A DNA stretch of 64,000 nt, from contig CAXXOA010000003.1 in the NCBI GenBank assembly GCA_963666275.2, positions 128,001-192,000 of the forward strand, read 5' to 3'. Of this stretch, positions 20,679-31,932 are shown one piece after another. Numbering within the stretch: position 1 is the stretch's first letter; the number at the start of each line of letters is the position of its first letter. The notes under the pieces were generated by a model, which was not told where the DNA came from, ran no database searches, and saw nothing but the letters and a program-made list of their open reading frames with translations. The DNA is from Oceanispirochaeta sp. Its GTDB lineage: Bacteria > Spirochaetota > Spirochaetia > DSM-2461. Position numbers and translations under genes: made by a program.

Positions 20679-21692
20679 ATGAAAAAAGCCCTATTTCTTA
20701 CCGTTATTTTTCTGATTGGTTCTCTGCAGGTTTTCGCAGCCGGCGGACAGGAATCAACAGGCAGTGAGCAGGTTAAAGTTGCTCTGATCCTTCCCAGTTC
20801 AGCCGATGACAAAGGCTGGAGCCAGGGAATGTATGATGCGGCAATGAATGTCGCCGGCGCCAGCGACGGCGTCATGGTTGTGGAATACAGTGAAAACATG
20901 AAACCTGTTGATGCCGGTTCTGCGGCCAGACAGTATGTTGCTCAGGGATTTACCTACCTTGTTTTTCATGGTTCCCAGTTTAATAACACTGTAGTGGAAA
21001 TGGCCGAAGAGTTTCCTGATGTTACATTTGTATTCGGAACTTCCTCCCAGCTCCTGGGTGACAATATTATCAGCTATCAGCCTGCAACCGAACAGCCCGG
21101 ATACCTTTCCGGAATTATCGCCGGTATGACAACAAAAACCGGTAAAATCGGTATTGTCGGTCCTGTAGATGGGGGAGATGCGGCTCAGTACAACAGAGGT
21201 TTTTGGCTCGGTATCAAATCTGTAAACGAAGATGCGGAAATCGGTGTGGCCCATACAGGCAGCTACGGTGACTATGTAAAAGCCGGTGAGCTGGCTCAGA
21301 CCTATATCGGCGACGGTTTTGACATTATGGCCGGTTCCGCTCAGCAGGGACTGGGAGCTCTTCAGGCAATTGCCCAGCATCCCGATGAAGATGTGTACTG
21401 GATGGGAACTTCCGAGATCCTTTTTGACAGCCCCGAAGGCTACAAACTGATGGCAGCCTGTTCCTATCATTACGATCCTATTTTTGCCACCATCCTGGAC
21501 GCTTTCAAAGCCGGTGAATCCAGCATTCCCGGTCAGGTTTTCTGGCTGACAATTCCCAATGGCGGTTTCTCTTTCAGCATGTCTGATGAAAATCCCCTGC
21601 TGACTGCAGAAGTCAGAGCTGCTGTTGAAGAAGCCTCTGCCAAGCTGATGGCTGATGATCTTGAAATTGACTGGCAGAGTGTTAAATACTAA
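20679..21692 (+). CDS. BMP-family ABC substrate-binding protein (nucleoside/purine)
   Basis: DKGWSQ and GIIAGMTTKTGKIG motifs; signal peptide. Confidence 0.88.
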   Translation: MKKALFLTVIFLIGSLQVFAAGGQESTGSEQVKVALILPSSADDKGWSQGMYDAAMNVAGASDGVMVVEYSENMKPVDAGSAARQYVAQGFTYLVFHGSQFNNTVVEMAEEFPDVTFVFGTSSQLLGDNIISYQPATEQPGYLSGIIAGMTTKTGKIGIVGPVDGGDAAQYNRGFWLGIKSVNEDAEIGVAHTGSYGDYVKAGELAQTYIGDGFDIMAGSAQQGLGALQAIAQHPDEDVYWMGTSEILFDSPEGYKLMAACSYHYDPIFATILDAFKAGESSIPGQVFWLTIPNGGFSFSMSDENPLLTAEVRAAVEEASAKLMADDLEIDWQSVKY

Positions 21693-21859
21693 AAAAGTCT
21701 TTATGTAATAAAGTTGTAAGTTTACCTTTCTTCCCTCTCCTCCGCCCTTAACGGGGCAGGGAGGGTTTCCTGATTCATAAGGAAATTCCTGCCTTCTGCT
21801 GAAGGGGCGGAGACCGGGGAGGGAGTACAGGAAGGGAGTCTCTGGAGTAGAGAAATATT

Positions 21860-23377
21860 ATGGAAAAAATTCGTTCATTGAGGATCGAGGGAATTACAAA
21901 ACGCTTTCCCGGTGTCCTTGCTTGTGATGATATCAATCTGTCGGTGGGAGAAAATGAGGTCCTTGCCATTGTGGGAGAGAACGGCGCCGGCAAGACAACC
22001 CTTATGAATATACTGATGGGACTGTATCAGGCAGATCAGGGAACCATCTATATCAACGACCAACCTGTCAATTTCAAATCTCCCAGAGATGCTTTTGATG
22101 CGGGAATCGGCATGGTTCATCAGAAGTATATGCTTGTTCCCAATCTGACGGTACTTGAAAATATAGCCCTGGGAATGGAAGCCGCCCATGTGAAGGGCCG
22201 ACTCAAACTCGATGTGGTCCGCCGGAAAATTGAAGAGATCGCCAGCCTTTACAATCTGCACTGCGATCCCGATGCCTATGTCTGGCAGCTTTCTGTAGGG
22301 GAGCAGCAGCGGGTGGAGCTTATCAAAACTCTCTGCTATGGCGCCCGTTTCCTGATTCTGGATGAACCCAGTTCCGCCCTGACTCCCCAGGAGACGGATG
22401 AGCTGATTGCTCTTCTGGCGGAAATGGCAAAAAGCCTTTCGATCATATTCATCAGTCATAAACTGCACGAGGTTAAAGCCCTCTCTCATAAAGTTCTGAT
22501 TCTCAGGCACGGGCGGGTCACTTTTGCGGGTGATACCCAGGATTATACTCCCCACGAACTGGCCTCGTTTATGACAGGGGCCGAGGTGGAACTTCCCAAG
22601 AACACCTGCGGCGAGAGCAGCGAGGATGTGCTGCTGGATATTCAGGACCTGACGGTTCAGAGCGACCGGGGATACAAAGCCCTTGATGAGCTTTCCCTGT
22701 GCATCCACAAGGGCGAGATCGTCGGACTGGCCGGTGTTTCCGGAAACGGTCAGAAAGAGCTGGCCGAGGCTATCAACGGACTGAGAAAAGTCCAGTCCGG
22801 AGAGATCCTCTTTCTGGAAGAGAACATTGCCAACCTGTCTCCCGGAGAGGTGATTCACCGGGGTATGGGATACATTCCCGAAGATAGGAATAATGAAGGG
22901 ATCGTCCCCTCCTTCTCCATCAGGGAAAACCTGATCCTCAAGGATCATGATTCTCCCCGGTTCAGTCAGCGGAAGGTGCTGAAACAGAAAGATATCTCCC
23001 TTTCGGCAGAAAAACTGAGAGAGCAGTTTGATATCAGATCTCCTCACACGGAAGTAGCCGCCGGTTCTCTGTCGGGGGGGAATATACAGAAAGTCATTCT
23101 GGCCAGGGAAATTGACAGGAAACCCCGTTTTCTCGTGGCTGTCTATCCCACCAGAGGTCTGGACATGGGGGCTGCCGAGTTCATTCACCAGCAGCTGCTT
23201 GACCTGAAAGACCAGGGTGTGGGAATCCTGCTGATTTCCGAAGAACTGGAGGAGATTATCAACCTCTCCGACAGGGTGGCTGTTATTTACAAAGGAAAAA
23301 TCATGAAAGTTTTGAAAGGCCGGGAAGCGGAACAGAAGAAGCTCGGACTTCTGATGGCGGGGGTTTCGGGTGACTAA
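21860..23377 (+). CDS. Nucleoside ABC transporter ATP-binding protein (two-domain)
   Basis: GENGAGKT, LSVGEQQRVE, LSGGNIQK. Confidence 0.92.
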   Translation: MEKIRSLRIEGITKRFPGVLACDDINLSVGENEVLAIVGENGAGKTTLMNILMGLYQADQGTIYINDQPVNFKSPRDAFDAGIGMVHQKYMLVPNLTVLENIALGMEAAHVKGRLKLDVVRRKIEEIASLYNLHCDPDAYVWQLSVGEQQRVELIKTLCYGARFLILDEPSSALTPQETDELIALLAEMAKSLSIIFISHKLHEVKALSHKVLILRHGRVTFAGDTQDYTPHELASFMTGAEVELPKNTCGESSEDVLLDIQDLTVQSDRGYKALDELSLCIHKGEIVGLAGVSGNGQKELAEAINGLRKVQSGEILFLEENIANLSPGEVIHRGMGYIPEDRNNEGIVPSFSIRENLILKDHDSPRFSQRKVLKQKDISLSAEKLREQFDIRSPHTEVAAGSLSGGNIQKVILAREIDRKPRFLVAVYPTRGLDMGAAEFIHQQLLDLKDQGVGILLISEELEEIINLSDRVAVIYKGKIMKVLKGREAEQKKLGLLMAGVSGD

Positions 23378-24509
23378 AAAACAGTTTCAACTTACCTTTA
23401 AGATCGCTGTGTTTCTGCTGGCGGTTGTTGTCTGTGCTCTCATGGCCTCCATCATTCTCTGGACCATCGGAGCGGAAGTTCTCAAATCCTTTTCGGTTAT
23501 CTTTTTTGAGCCTCTGAAGAATTTTTATATCATATCGGAAGTCCTTATCCGTATGATTCCCCTCCTGCTGGTCGCCCTGGGTATTACAGTGGCTTTCCGA
23601 AGCGGTATTCTGAATATCGGGGGAGAGGGACAGATCATCATGGGGATCCTGGGGACCACCATCGTGGCGGTCTGTTTTCCCACTCTACCCCGGTTTATCA
23701 TGATTCCCGCGGCACTGCTGGCAGGGGCCCTGTTCGGCGGCCTTTATGCGGCCATCCCCGGAATCCTGAAAGCGAAACTGCAGGTCAGTGAGCTCCTCTC
23801 CACGGTGATGCTCAACTATATTGCCGCACAGATCTATGTTCTGTGTCTCAGAGGTCCGCTGATCGATCCCAATGAACTTGTGACAGGCTCGGGGACTCCC
23901 CAGAGTATCCGATTTCCCGAAGCGGCCTGGCTGACCAGGTATGTGAAGGGAACCAGAGTGCATTCAGGCCTTTTGATTGCCCTGGCTCTGGCTCTGATTG
24001 TGTATCTCCTTTTATGGAAAACAACCTTCGGCTATAAACTGAGGGCCGCAGGAGCCCAGCAGAAGGCGGCCCGCTACGGCGGTATCAATGTGGGACGTTC
24101 TCTTGTGACCGCCATGGTTCTCTCGGGCGCCCTGGCCGGTATTGCCGGCGGTTCGGAAGTGATGGGACTCCACAGACGGGCCATCGAAGATATCTCTTCG
24201 GGATACGGTTTTACAGGAATCGTAGTTGCCCTTTTCGGAGGTCTTCATCCGGCGGGGATCATCCCGGCCTCATTCTTTTTCGGTCTGATCCTTGTGGGGG
24301 GCGATATGACCCAGCGGATGGTCGGCGTGCCTGCCAATATGGTTCAGGTGCTCCAGGGGATCATTATCCTGACCATCATCTCCGTGAAAATGGTGATCAA
24401 CAACCCCTATCTCCTGGACAGGGTGACCAGGCGCTTCTCCCATCTGATTTCTGACATGGGGAACGAAAAGAGCGATACCCCCGCAACTGAAGAGGAGGTG
24501 AAAGCCTGA
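23370..24509 (+). CDS. Nucleoside ABC transporter permease 1
   Basis: LNIGGEGQ and GYGFTGIVVALFG motifs. Confidence 0.9.
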   Translation: MTKKQFQLTFKIAVFLLAVVVCALMASIILWTIGAEVLKSFSVIFFEPLKNFYIISEVLIRMIPLLLVALGITVAFRSGILNIGGEGQIIMGILGTTIVAVCFPTLPRFIMIPAALLAGALFGGLYAAIPGILKAKLQVSELLSTVMLNYIAAQIYVLCLRGPLIDPNELVTGSGTPQSIRFPEAAWLTRYVKGTRVHSGLLIALALALIVYLLLWKTTFGYKLRAAGAQQKAARYGGINVGRSLVTAMVLSGALAGIAGGSEVMGLHRRAIEDISSGYGFTGIVVALFGGLHPAGIIPASFFFGLILVGGDMTQRMVGVPANMVQVLQGIIILTIISVKMVINNPYLLDRVTRRFSHLISDMGNEKSDTPATEEEVKA

Positions 24510-25453
24510 TGGATTTTTTAATGAGTGTCCTTGTTCTGGGAATTCCTTTTTCCATCTCACTGCTCCTGGCTTCTTTAGGGGAGATGTACAACCAGAGAGC
24601 CGGTGTGTTCAATCTGGGCTGTGAAGGTATCATGGCCATGGGAGCTTTTGCGGGCTTTCTCATTCCCTATATGGTCGGAGGGGGAGGAGAGTACTCCTGG
24701 ACCCTGAACCTTCTGGGAATCCTGGCAGCTCTTGTTGTGGGAGCTCTGATGGGACTGTTCTTCGGCCTGGTGGTGGTGACCTTCAAAGCGCCCCAGGGAA
24801 TCGCCGGTATCGGGCTTCAGATGTTCGGTGTGGGTGTATCGGGAACCCTGTTCCGCCATTTTATCGGCGGTATCGCCAGTGTCTCCGGAATCAGGGCCCT
24901 GCCGATTCCTCTGCTGTCAAAGATACCCTTTCTGGGCAATATCTTTTTCAACCATAACCTGATTGTGTACATCGCCATGGCCCTGGTCCCTCTGTCGGTA
25001 TTTATTCTGAATAAAACCTCCTGGGGGCTGAAGGTCCGTGCCAGCGGTACCACTCCCGAAGCGGCGGACAGCGTGGGGATCAATGTGAACCGCATCCGCT
25101 ATCAGGCCCTGATCGTGGGGGGAGCCCTGGCCGGACTGGCAGGCGCCTATCTCTCGCTGGGACAGGTGAAAATGTTTGCGGACTCGCTCATAGCGGGACG
25201 CGGTTTTATCGCCGTGGCTCTTGTCTACTTCGGCCGCTGGACCCCCTGGGGCGTTCTCTGGGGAGCCCTGCTCTTCAGCCTGACCCAGGTGTTTCAGCTG
25301 AAAGTCCAGACCATGGGAATCCCTATTCCCTATGAGTTTGCGGTTATGCTTCCCTATGTTCTTGTTATCATTGTTCTGGCCCTTTCGCGGAAGAGTCAGC
25401 ACCTGAGTCCCCTGGCCCTGGGAAAACCCTTCGACAGGGAAAACAGGGTATAG
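24509..25453 (+). CDS. Nucleoside ABC transporter permease 2
   Basis: GVFNLGCEG and AGRGFIAVALV motifs. Confidence 0.9.
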   Translation: MDFLMSVLVLGIPFSISLLLASLGEMYNQRAGVFNLGCEGIMAMGAFAGFLIPYMVGGGGEYSWTLNLLGILAALVVGALMGLFFGLVVVTFKAPQGIAGIGLQMFGVGVSGTLFRHFIGGIASVSGIRALPIPLLSKIPFLGNIFFNHNLIVYIAMALVPLSVFILNKTSWGLKVRASGTTPEAADSVGINVNRIRYQALIVGGALAGLAGAYLSLGQVKMFADSLIAGRGFIAVALVYFGRWTPWGVLWGALLFSLTQVFQLKVQTMGIPIPYEFAVMLPYVLVIIVLALSRKSQHLSPLALGKPFDRENRV

Positions 25454-25633
25454 GTTCCTCTCCGGCCGGCATATGGCATTGCTTGTTTTTGCCTTCTGCC
25501 GGCTTGAGTACGGATCTTAATTTACACTATTTTACATTTGCTTTACTTTCCTTTCACCAGGCTCTCTGGGCTTTCCTTTATCCTGTTCATAGAAGTTAAC
25601 GTATTTATAACTCCATGATTCAAGGATAAAAGA

Positions 25634-26206
25634 ATGATTAAAATCATGAATATTCTACTTGCAGTGGTTTTTACGATTCTGGTTTTTCTCTCCTGCCAGA
25701 CACAGAAAAAAAATTTAGAACAGGAATTATCTGCTGCAATGAAGCCTTCTCCCTTGGCAATGGCGGATCCGGATTCCATGGATCTTCTGTTGAAGCTGGA
25801 ATTATTACTGGACAGCAGCGAAGCATCTCTGGTTTTAACTGATGAACAGATTTCCCGTATCCTTCCCGTTCTGGAATCCTGGAGGGAAGCACTGGATGCT
25901 AATCAGTCCACAGAAAACAGGACTTATGCAGGATTGATCAGTCTGGAATTGACTGAGGAGCAATTAGCATTCAACCCGGTCCGGGAACAGCAGCCCCCCC
26001 GGCACGATCCATCCGAGGATATGGAGGCTCTTTCAGGTGATCCCGGACCAGGGAGAGGCGGCCCCGGAGGTGCAGGACCCGGTGGGCCGGGGGCTCCGGG
26101 AATGGATAGGCCCGGGAAGGGTGAGGCCGGACCTTCTGACCCCGATCAGTTCAATTTCAGGATGCTAATTGATCGTGTCATTGAAAAAATGTCGGAACTC
26201 AAGTAG
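25634..26206 (+). CDS. Hypothetical lipoprotein with Gly/Pro-rich tail
   Basis: Lipobox-like FLSC; low-complexity GPGRGGPGGAGPGG. Confidence 0.65.
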   Translation: MIKIMNILLAVVFTILVFLSCQTQKKNLEQELSAAMKPSPLAMADPDSMDLLLKLELLLDSSEASLVLTDEQISRILPVLESWREALDANQSTENRTYAGLISLELTEEQLAFNPVREQQPPRHDPSEDMEALSGDPGPGRGGPGGAGPGGPGAPGMDRPGKGEAGPSDPDQFNFRMLIDRVIEKMSELK

Positions 26207-26342
26207 CCGATCCTTCTTTATCTGATACTGTGGGGGGGGGGATTTCCCCCCCGGTTCGGATGATCATCCCAATGATGAAGTCTTCAGAGTTTTTCTAACA
26301 GGAATAAGACTCGGGTCCTTCCTGTCTAAAGGGGTTAGCTAT

Positions 26343-28439
26343 ATGAAAAAAGGGTCGAGAAGAAACAGTATTTCTTTAAAAATCATACTGACCATTGTTC
26401 TGTTCCTTATTCTGGCTATGACTGTTATGGAACAGTTCCTTGCCTTCGCCCTGAAGAGGGAGGTCAGGGAAAACATGTCTGAACTGATGCTGGAACAGAC
26501 ACATTCAATCAGTGAACTGATCCAAATGCAGCTGGATATGGTTAATCTGCAAAACAAACTGGAAAGCCGGAATCCAGAAGTGGTCAAGTTCCTTCAGGGG
26601 GAGGACTCTACTGTCTCCAACGCCTATTTCAAAGCCTGTATGGAAAATATCGGATACATCGAAAACATCCTTTTGGTTGATCGGGATGGTATCGTCCAAT
26701 CCGCCGGTCTGGAAGAATCTGTTGGACAGTCTTTAGACAGCTCTCCTATTTATGATTCTCTGATTAATAAGGGAAATATCTCTTTTACAGCTGATCCCTC
26801 CGTGTCTCCCTCTACAGGGCATCCTGTTATTACCCTCTCTCATGTTGTGAAGGATCAGGGAGGACAGGCCATCGGATTCATTCTGACCGGCCTGGATCTC
26901 CAGATGTTTTCTGAAGATTTTGTAAGAACGAAAAATTTCAGTGAAACTGGATATACCTTTCTGATGACTTCGCAGGGAATCATCATTTCCCATCCGGATA
27001 GTTCCGTGATTATGGAAGATCTTAAGGAGGAAGAGTTCTTCCTCAAGGGAAAAGAACTGGTACAGTCTCCGGCGGGAGAAGGTTTCATTGAATATGTTTT
27101 TAATGGTGCAGAAAGAGTCGGGGTTGTGACGCAACTGAAAGATCAGTCCTGGATGGTCATTATGACAATTGAGAAGAGGGATTTCTATAGCGTAGCCGGT
27201 ATCATACGATTGTATCTCAAAATCATCAGCGTGATTATTATAATTGTGTTATGGGGGGCTATTTCCCTTCTCATAAACAGAATATTGAGGAAGAGACTGC
27301 AGCAGCTTCAGGCCCTTATATCTACTGCTTCTACGGGGAATCTTACTATCCGGACGGATTTACAGGGTAATGACGAGCTTACAGGAATGCAGGAGGAAAT
27401 GAACTGTTTTCTGGGAAGCCTTTCCATTCTGATTTCAGGAATTACAGATAAAGTGGAGTCTCTGGGAAATACAGGGTCATTATTGGATTCTGTTTCCGAT
27501 AAAACGGTTCGTTCTGTCAAGCAGATTAACAATACGCTTGATTCAACGAACATAACCATTCAAAACCAGGCCGCTAATGTCTCTGAAACTTCTGCTGCGG
27601 TGGAACAGATGACCAAGAATATAAGTGCTCTGAACATTTCTATTCAGCAGCAGTCTTCCAGTATTGAAGTCTCTTCTGCATCAATCGAGGAAATTATTGC
27701 CAATATCGACTCTATTTCCCACCAGACCGATACTGCTCAGGAAAATCTGAATTGTCTGCAGGATGTTTCTGACACGGGAAAGAAAAAAATTGAGACGGTA
27801 CTTTCCACTGTAAATAAAATCATCAGTAGTTCCTCTGAACTGCAGGAAGCCAATACCATCATCGACAATATTGCCTCTCAGACAAATCTTCTAGCCATTA
27901 ATGCAGCCATCGAAGCGGCTCACGCGGGAGAAGCAGGGAAAGGTTTTGCTGTTGTTGCCGATGAGATACGGAAACTGGCGGAAGAATCCTCGTCAAATTC
28001 AAAGAAAATCAGTGTAAACCTGAAAGAAATATCCCAGACCATTGATGAAATGGCGGCTTCTACCAAAGAGGCGGATTTATCCTTTCAGGAAGTACTGGGT
28101 CAGTTAAAGAGCGTCGATACTGCTTTTATGGGCATCAGTATGGCTATGAAGGAACAAAAATCCGGTTCAAAGGAAATACTGCAGGCTCTGCAGGCTATGA
28201 AGGATATCACCCTGTCTGTTCAAACAGGATCCTTCGAAATGACTGCGGGAAACAACCAGATTCTGGAGGCTATCGGTACTTTAAACTGCCTGACATCGGA
28301 AGTGCTCAATTCCATACATAGGATTAATCAGGAAACCGGAAACATTACAGGAGGGATGGATGAAATCAGGGAACTGTCCGGTACGAACAAAGGGAATATA
28401 GAGGAAATCAGCGAGGCGGCTGAAAAATTTACTATTTAG
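26343..28439 (+). CDS. Methyl-accepting chemotaxis protein (dCache-HAMP-MA)
   Basis: Two TM segments, Cache motif [52 protein letters not shown]. Confidence 0.95.
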   Translation: MKKGSRRNSISLKIILTIVLFLILAMTVMEQFLAFALKREVRENMSELMLEQTHSISELIQMQLDMVNLQNKLESRNPEVVKFLQGEDSTVSNAYFKACMENIGYIENILLVDRDGIVQSAGLEESVGQSLDSSPIYDSLINKGNISFTADPSVSPSTGHPVITLSHVVKDQGGQAIGFILTGLDLQMFSEDFVRTKNFSETGYTFLMTSQGIIISHPDSSVIMEDLKEEEFFLKGKELVQSPAGEGFIEYVFNGAERVGVVTQLKDQSWMVIMTIEKRDFYSVAGIIRLYLKIISVIIIIVLWGAISLLINRILRKRLQQLQALISTASTGNLTIRTDLQGNDELTGMQEEMNCFLGSLSILISGITDKVESLGNTGSLLDSVSDKTVRSVKQINNTLDSTNITIQNQAANVSETSAAVEQMTKNISALNISIQQQSSSIEVSSASIEEIIANIDSISHQTDTAQENLNCLQDVSDTGKKKIETVLSTVNKIISSSSELQEANTIIDNIASQTNLLAINAAIEAAHAGEAGKGFAVVADEIRKLAEESSSNSKKISVNLKEISQTIDEMAASTKEADLSFQEVLGQLKSVDTAFMGISMAMKEQKSGSKEILQALQAMKDITLSVQTGSFEMTAGNNQILEAIGTLNCLTSEVLNSIHRINQETGNITGGMDEIRELSGTNKGNIEEISEAAEKFTI

Positions 28440-28519
28440 GGCCCAGGAGGATTTGCATTCCAGGAGATTTTCCCGGCTATGGCCGGCTGATTATACCTTT
28501 TCCTCTTCCTGAGTCCAGT

Positions 28520-30367
28520 TTAAATCCGGCTGTTTTCTAATGTGTTGATCGGGAGTAATATGGTAACCAGACATCCCCCATCAGGGTTGTTGGATAAAGT
28601 AATATTTCCCTTGTATTTGGAAATTATGGAGTGACAAATCGAGAGACCAAGACCGGATATTTCATTATTCTGCTTGGTTGAATAGAATGGTACGAACAAA
28701 TCTTTATCCTTGGGAATGCCAATGCCTGTATCTTTAAAATAGATGCAGAAATTCTTACGTTCACCTGCAAAAAAAATCGCTGTTTCTATAATGATCTTCC
28801 CTCCTTCAGGCATTGCTTCCAGACTGTTTTTAAATAGATTGAGCAAGACCTGTTTCATTTCATTTTTATTGATGGAAATTTCAATGTCAGAACATTTTTT
28901 TTCAAAAATAACTTTTACATTATTTATTTTTGCATTGTAGTTTATTAAATCAATTACTTCCTGAATATGATAATTAATATTAATCTCTTCCCAGGCGTGC
29001 CGCTCTGTTCCGAGTTCCTGCAAATCGCTGACAATGTGAGTAATATAATCCAGTTCTTTCTGAATTTTATCAGTAATGTTCTGCATTTCCTTAGAGCTGT
29101 ACTTAAATCGTAAATTGGTTAAATAGCTATAAATTATTTCCAACGGGTTATTTATTTCGTGTGCAACGCTGGCCGCAACCAGACCGAGCGAGGCAAGCTT
29201 ATCTGAGATGATATCCTGTCTCTGAAGATTGCTGTATTCAGTAATATCTTCCAGAAGTACAATACTGCCCAGGAGGAATCCTTCATCTTTCACAGGGAAA
29301 ATCCGGATATTGAAAATCCCGGTTCTTCCATTTATTTCCATCTCGAAGTGAAAAAACTGTTCTTCCTGAAAGGTATTGATACTACGGATAATCGTATCAA
29401 TCTGAGTCTCATTCGTTCCCTGAAAAAAATCTGCTATCTGCCTGCCGATATATTCCGTCTGATCAAGATCGAAATTTCCTACACAGAACTGATTTATCAT
29501 CCGGATCGTTTTGAGGGTATCAATAATCACTAGATTGACAGGAAGATTGACAAGTATGGCCTCGTTGTATTTTATGAGTTCGTAAAATGCAGTGAAGTGA
29601 TTCTGGGATTCATCAAGATTGGCAATCTGGGTATAGGCCATTTTTATCAATTGAATTTTATCCACCTGCCCGATGGTATCGGAGAAAATATTCTGCCCGT
29701 CTCTTATGATTGTAATTCTATCTGCCAGTTCATGAAGACCATCCACTTTATGGGTTATGATAAGAATGGTACAACCTCTCCTCTTTAAATCAAAAATGAT
29801 ATCCAGGATCTTTGGCAGGGCAATTGAAGAGATATTTTCCAGGCTTTCATCCAGAATCAGAATGGTCGGAGTTTCCCTGATATTGACAAGGATTTCCAGA
29901 ACAGTTCTGTCTGATCTGTTTAAAGAGCCTGTCATTTGCCGGGGATCCAGATTAAACCCATATCCATCTAGGTACTCCTGAGCTTTTTCTATAAGCAATG
30001 CTTTATGTTTCCAGGAAAAAAAAGGCAGTTTTTTGTCAGTATAAAAGAGATTTTCAGCTATTGTGAAATAGGGATTCAGAGCTGAACTCTGATAGACCAT
30101 ATGCACCTTCTGCATCCTAGCTACCTGAAGCGATATGTAGTCGTAATTCTTTTTTAAGAGCCGTATATTTCCTGATTGAGGGCTGATATAACCGCTGATC
30201 AATTGTGCCAGACTTGATTTCCCTGCTCCATGTTCACCAAGTATGGCATGTATTTCTCCGGCATTCAGTTCCAGGTTGATATCATTCAGGACTTTCAGAG
30301 ATCCGAAGGATAAATTGACACTTGTCAGTATCAGAGTCGGTTCGTTATAAACAGCTGCTTCATTCAT
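28520..30367 (-). CDS. ABC-ATPase / PAS / histidine kinase fusion
   Basis: N-terminal GEHGAGKS, ILILDE, ITHK; central PAS-like segment; H-box AHEINNPL, N-box QVLLNLFKNS, DTGIG, GLGLS. Confidence 0.9.
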   Translation of the reverse strand: MNEAAVYNEPTLILTSVNLSFGSLKVLNDINLELNAGEIHAILGEHGAGKSSLAQLISGYISPQSGNIRLLKKNYDYISLQVARMQKVHMVYQSSALNPYFTIAENLFYTDKKLPFFSWKHKALLIEKAQEYLDGYGFNLDPRQMTGSLNRSDRTVLEILVNIRETPTILILDESLENISSIALPKILDIIFDLKRRGCTILIITHKVDGLHELADRITIIRDGQNIFSDTIGQVDKIQLIKMAYTQIANLDESQNHFTAFYELIKYNEAILVNLPVNLVIIDTLKTIRMINQFCVGNFDLDQTEYIGRQIADFFQGTNETQIDTIIRSINTFQEEQFFHFEMEINGRTGIFNIRIFPVKDEGFLLGSIVLLEDITEYSNLQRQDIISDKLASLGLVAASVAHEINNPLEIIYSYLTNLRFKYSSKEMQNITDKIQKELDYITHIVSDLQELGTERHAWEEININYHIQEVIDLINYNAKINNVKVIFEKKCSDIEISINKNEMKQVLLNLFKNSLEAMPEGGKIIIETAIFFAGERKNFCIYFKDTGIGIPKDKDLFVPFYSTKQNNEISGLGLSICHSIISKYKGNITLSNNPDGGCLVTILLPINTLENSRI

Positions 30368-31698
30368 ATGGAGATCCCGTACTTTTTAATCTTCAGATAG
30401 AGTGTGTTACGGCTCATATTAAGAATCCTTGCTGATTCAGATTTGTTTTGTCCTGTGATGGTTAATGTTTTTTTTATCAGCTCCACTTCCTGCTGTTCAA
30501 CTAGACTGTAATTGTAATCACCAAACCCGTTGGATTCATAAAATCGTAAAGAAGGCGGCAGGTCAATCATTGTAATTGCATCTGATGTGCTTATAGTCGC
30601 ACCATAATTAATAACATTCTTTAATTCCCTGATGTTTCCGGGCCATGAATACTGTCGAAATAATGTATTCACTTCTGGAGAAATGGTTTTTTTCTTCTGG
30701 TTATTTTTTTGGGAGCAGTCCGTTAGAAAGTAATCCACCAGTGCAGGAAGATCCATTAAGCGCTCTCTCAAAGGCGGGATCCTCAGAACCGCAGTGTTTA
30801 ACCTGTAATAAAGATCCTGTCTGAAACGGCCTTTCATAATAAGCTCTTTCAGATCTTTATTGGTTGCTCCAATGAATCTGACATCTATTTTATAGGTTTT
30901 ATCTCCGCCAATTCTTCTCACTTCCTGATTCTGAAGAACCCGCAGTATTTTAACCTGGATTGTTTCAGGCATATCTCCCAGTTCATCCAGAAAGAGCGTT
31001 CCTTTGTCTGTCTGCTCGAAAATACCTTTAAAACAACTCGCCGCTCCAGTATAGGCCCCTTTTTCATGGCCAAACAACTCATTGTCTAAAAGAGATTCAG
31101 TAAAGGCTGCGCAATTTATCTTATTCAGTTTTTCCGCTATCCGGTTGGAATGACGGTAGATAAAATCCACCAGCAGCTCCTTGCCTGTACCATTCTCGCC
31201 CTGGATGAGTATGGGAAAATCCGTGGATGCCAGCTTCTTTGCTCTTATCAATGTTTCTGAAAATGCAGGATTCAGGGAAGAGATAGGAGGAAGTTCCTCT
31301 TTCAGTCTTTCTTTGAGTGATATGTTTTCCTTTTTCATCCTGGAGCTCTCGAAAGCTTTTTCCACCAGTTGAGAAAGGTAATCGAAGTTTAAGGGCTTTT
31401 TCAGGTAGTCATATGCCCCGATTTTCATCGCTGCCACGGCAGTTTCCACAGTGGCATAACCGGTAATCATTATGACAGGAATTTCTGAAAATTCATTCCG
31501 GATGTCTTTTAAAGTCTCTATCCCGTTATCTTTTCCCAGCATTATGTCCAGCAGTACAACATCGATTTCTGATGATCGGAGGGTTTCCAGGCATCTTTTT
31601 CTGGATTCCGAATAGACAAGATTATGTCCCATAAAGGCAAAATTCTCTTTCATTACAGAGAATAGGCCCTCTTTATCATCAACCAGTAGAATTACCAT
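30364..31698 (-). CDS. Sigma-54-dependent response regulator (NtrC family)
   Basis: REC domain, GENGTGKE, ELFGHEKGAYTGA, WPGNIREL, Fis-type HTH. Confidence 0.95.
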   Translation of the reverse strand: MVILLVDDKEGLFSVMKENFAFMGHNLVYSESRKRCLETLRSSEIDVVLLDIMLGKDNGIETLKDIRNEFSEIPVIMITGYATVETAVAAMKIGAYDYLKKPLNFDYLSQLVEKAFESSRMKKENISLKERLKEELPPISSLNPAFSETLIRAKKLASTDFPILIQGENGTGKELLVDFIYRHSNRIAEKLNKINCAAFTESLLDNELFGHEKGAYTGAASCFKGIFEQTDKGTLFLDELGDMPETIQVKILRVLQNQEVRRIGGDKTYKIDVRFIGATNKDLKELIMKGRFRQDLYYRLNTAVLRIPPLRERLMDLPALVDYFLTDCSQKNNQKKKTISPEVNTLFRQYSWPGNIRELKNVINYGATISTSDAITMIDLPPSLRFYESNGFGDYNYSLVEQQEVELIKKTLTITGQNKSESARILNMSRNTLYLKIKKYGISI

Positions 31699-31724
31699 AT
31701 AAGGTCCTTTGGAGGGGAATATTC

Positions 31725-31771
31725 TGTCCTAAATCAGGACAGTTTGGTGACACCTGTCCTGATTTAGGACA
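31725..31771. promoter_or_regulatory. Paired enhancer (UAS) sites for the sigma-54 activator
   Basis: TGTCCTAAATCAGGACA (31725-31741) and its exact reverse complement TGTCCTGATTTAGGACA (31755-31771), TGT-N11-ACA type, 120-165 bp upstream of the -24 box. Confidence 0.8.
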
Positions 31772-31890
31772 ATTCATATGATAACATGAAACTTTTGAAT
31801 GGAAGAAAAAATTGCGATTAAATTTTCTTTGTCTTCTAAATATCTTCCATGTAAAGAATTAAGAATATTTCTCAATATGCGGGGTAAAAT

Positions 31891-31906
31891 TGGCACTTCC
31901 TTTGCA
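31891..31906 (+). promoter_or_regulatory. Sigma-54 (-24/-12) promoter of the polyol operon
   Basis: TGGCAC-TTCCT-TTGCA matches TGGCAC-N5-TTGCW. Confidence 0.9.
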
Positions 31907-31932
31907 ATAATACCTGGCAAAGAGGATGATAT

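Noticed and set aside
26232..26252. G10 tract as a phase-variation switch
   Set aside because: It is intergenic and pairs with the adjacent C7 run as a hairpin after the lipoprotein gene; no promoter boxes bracket it
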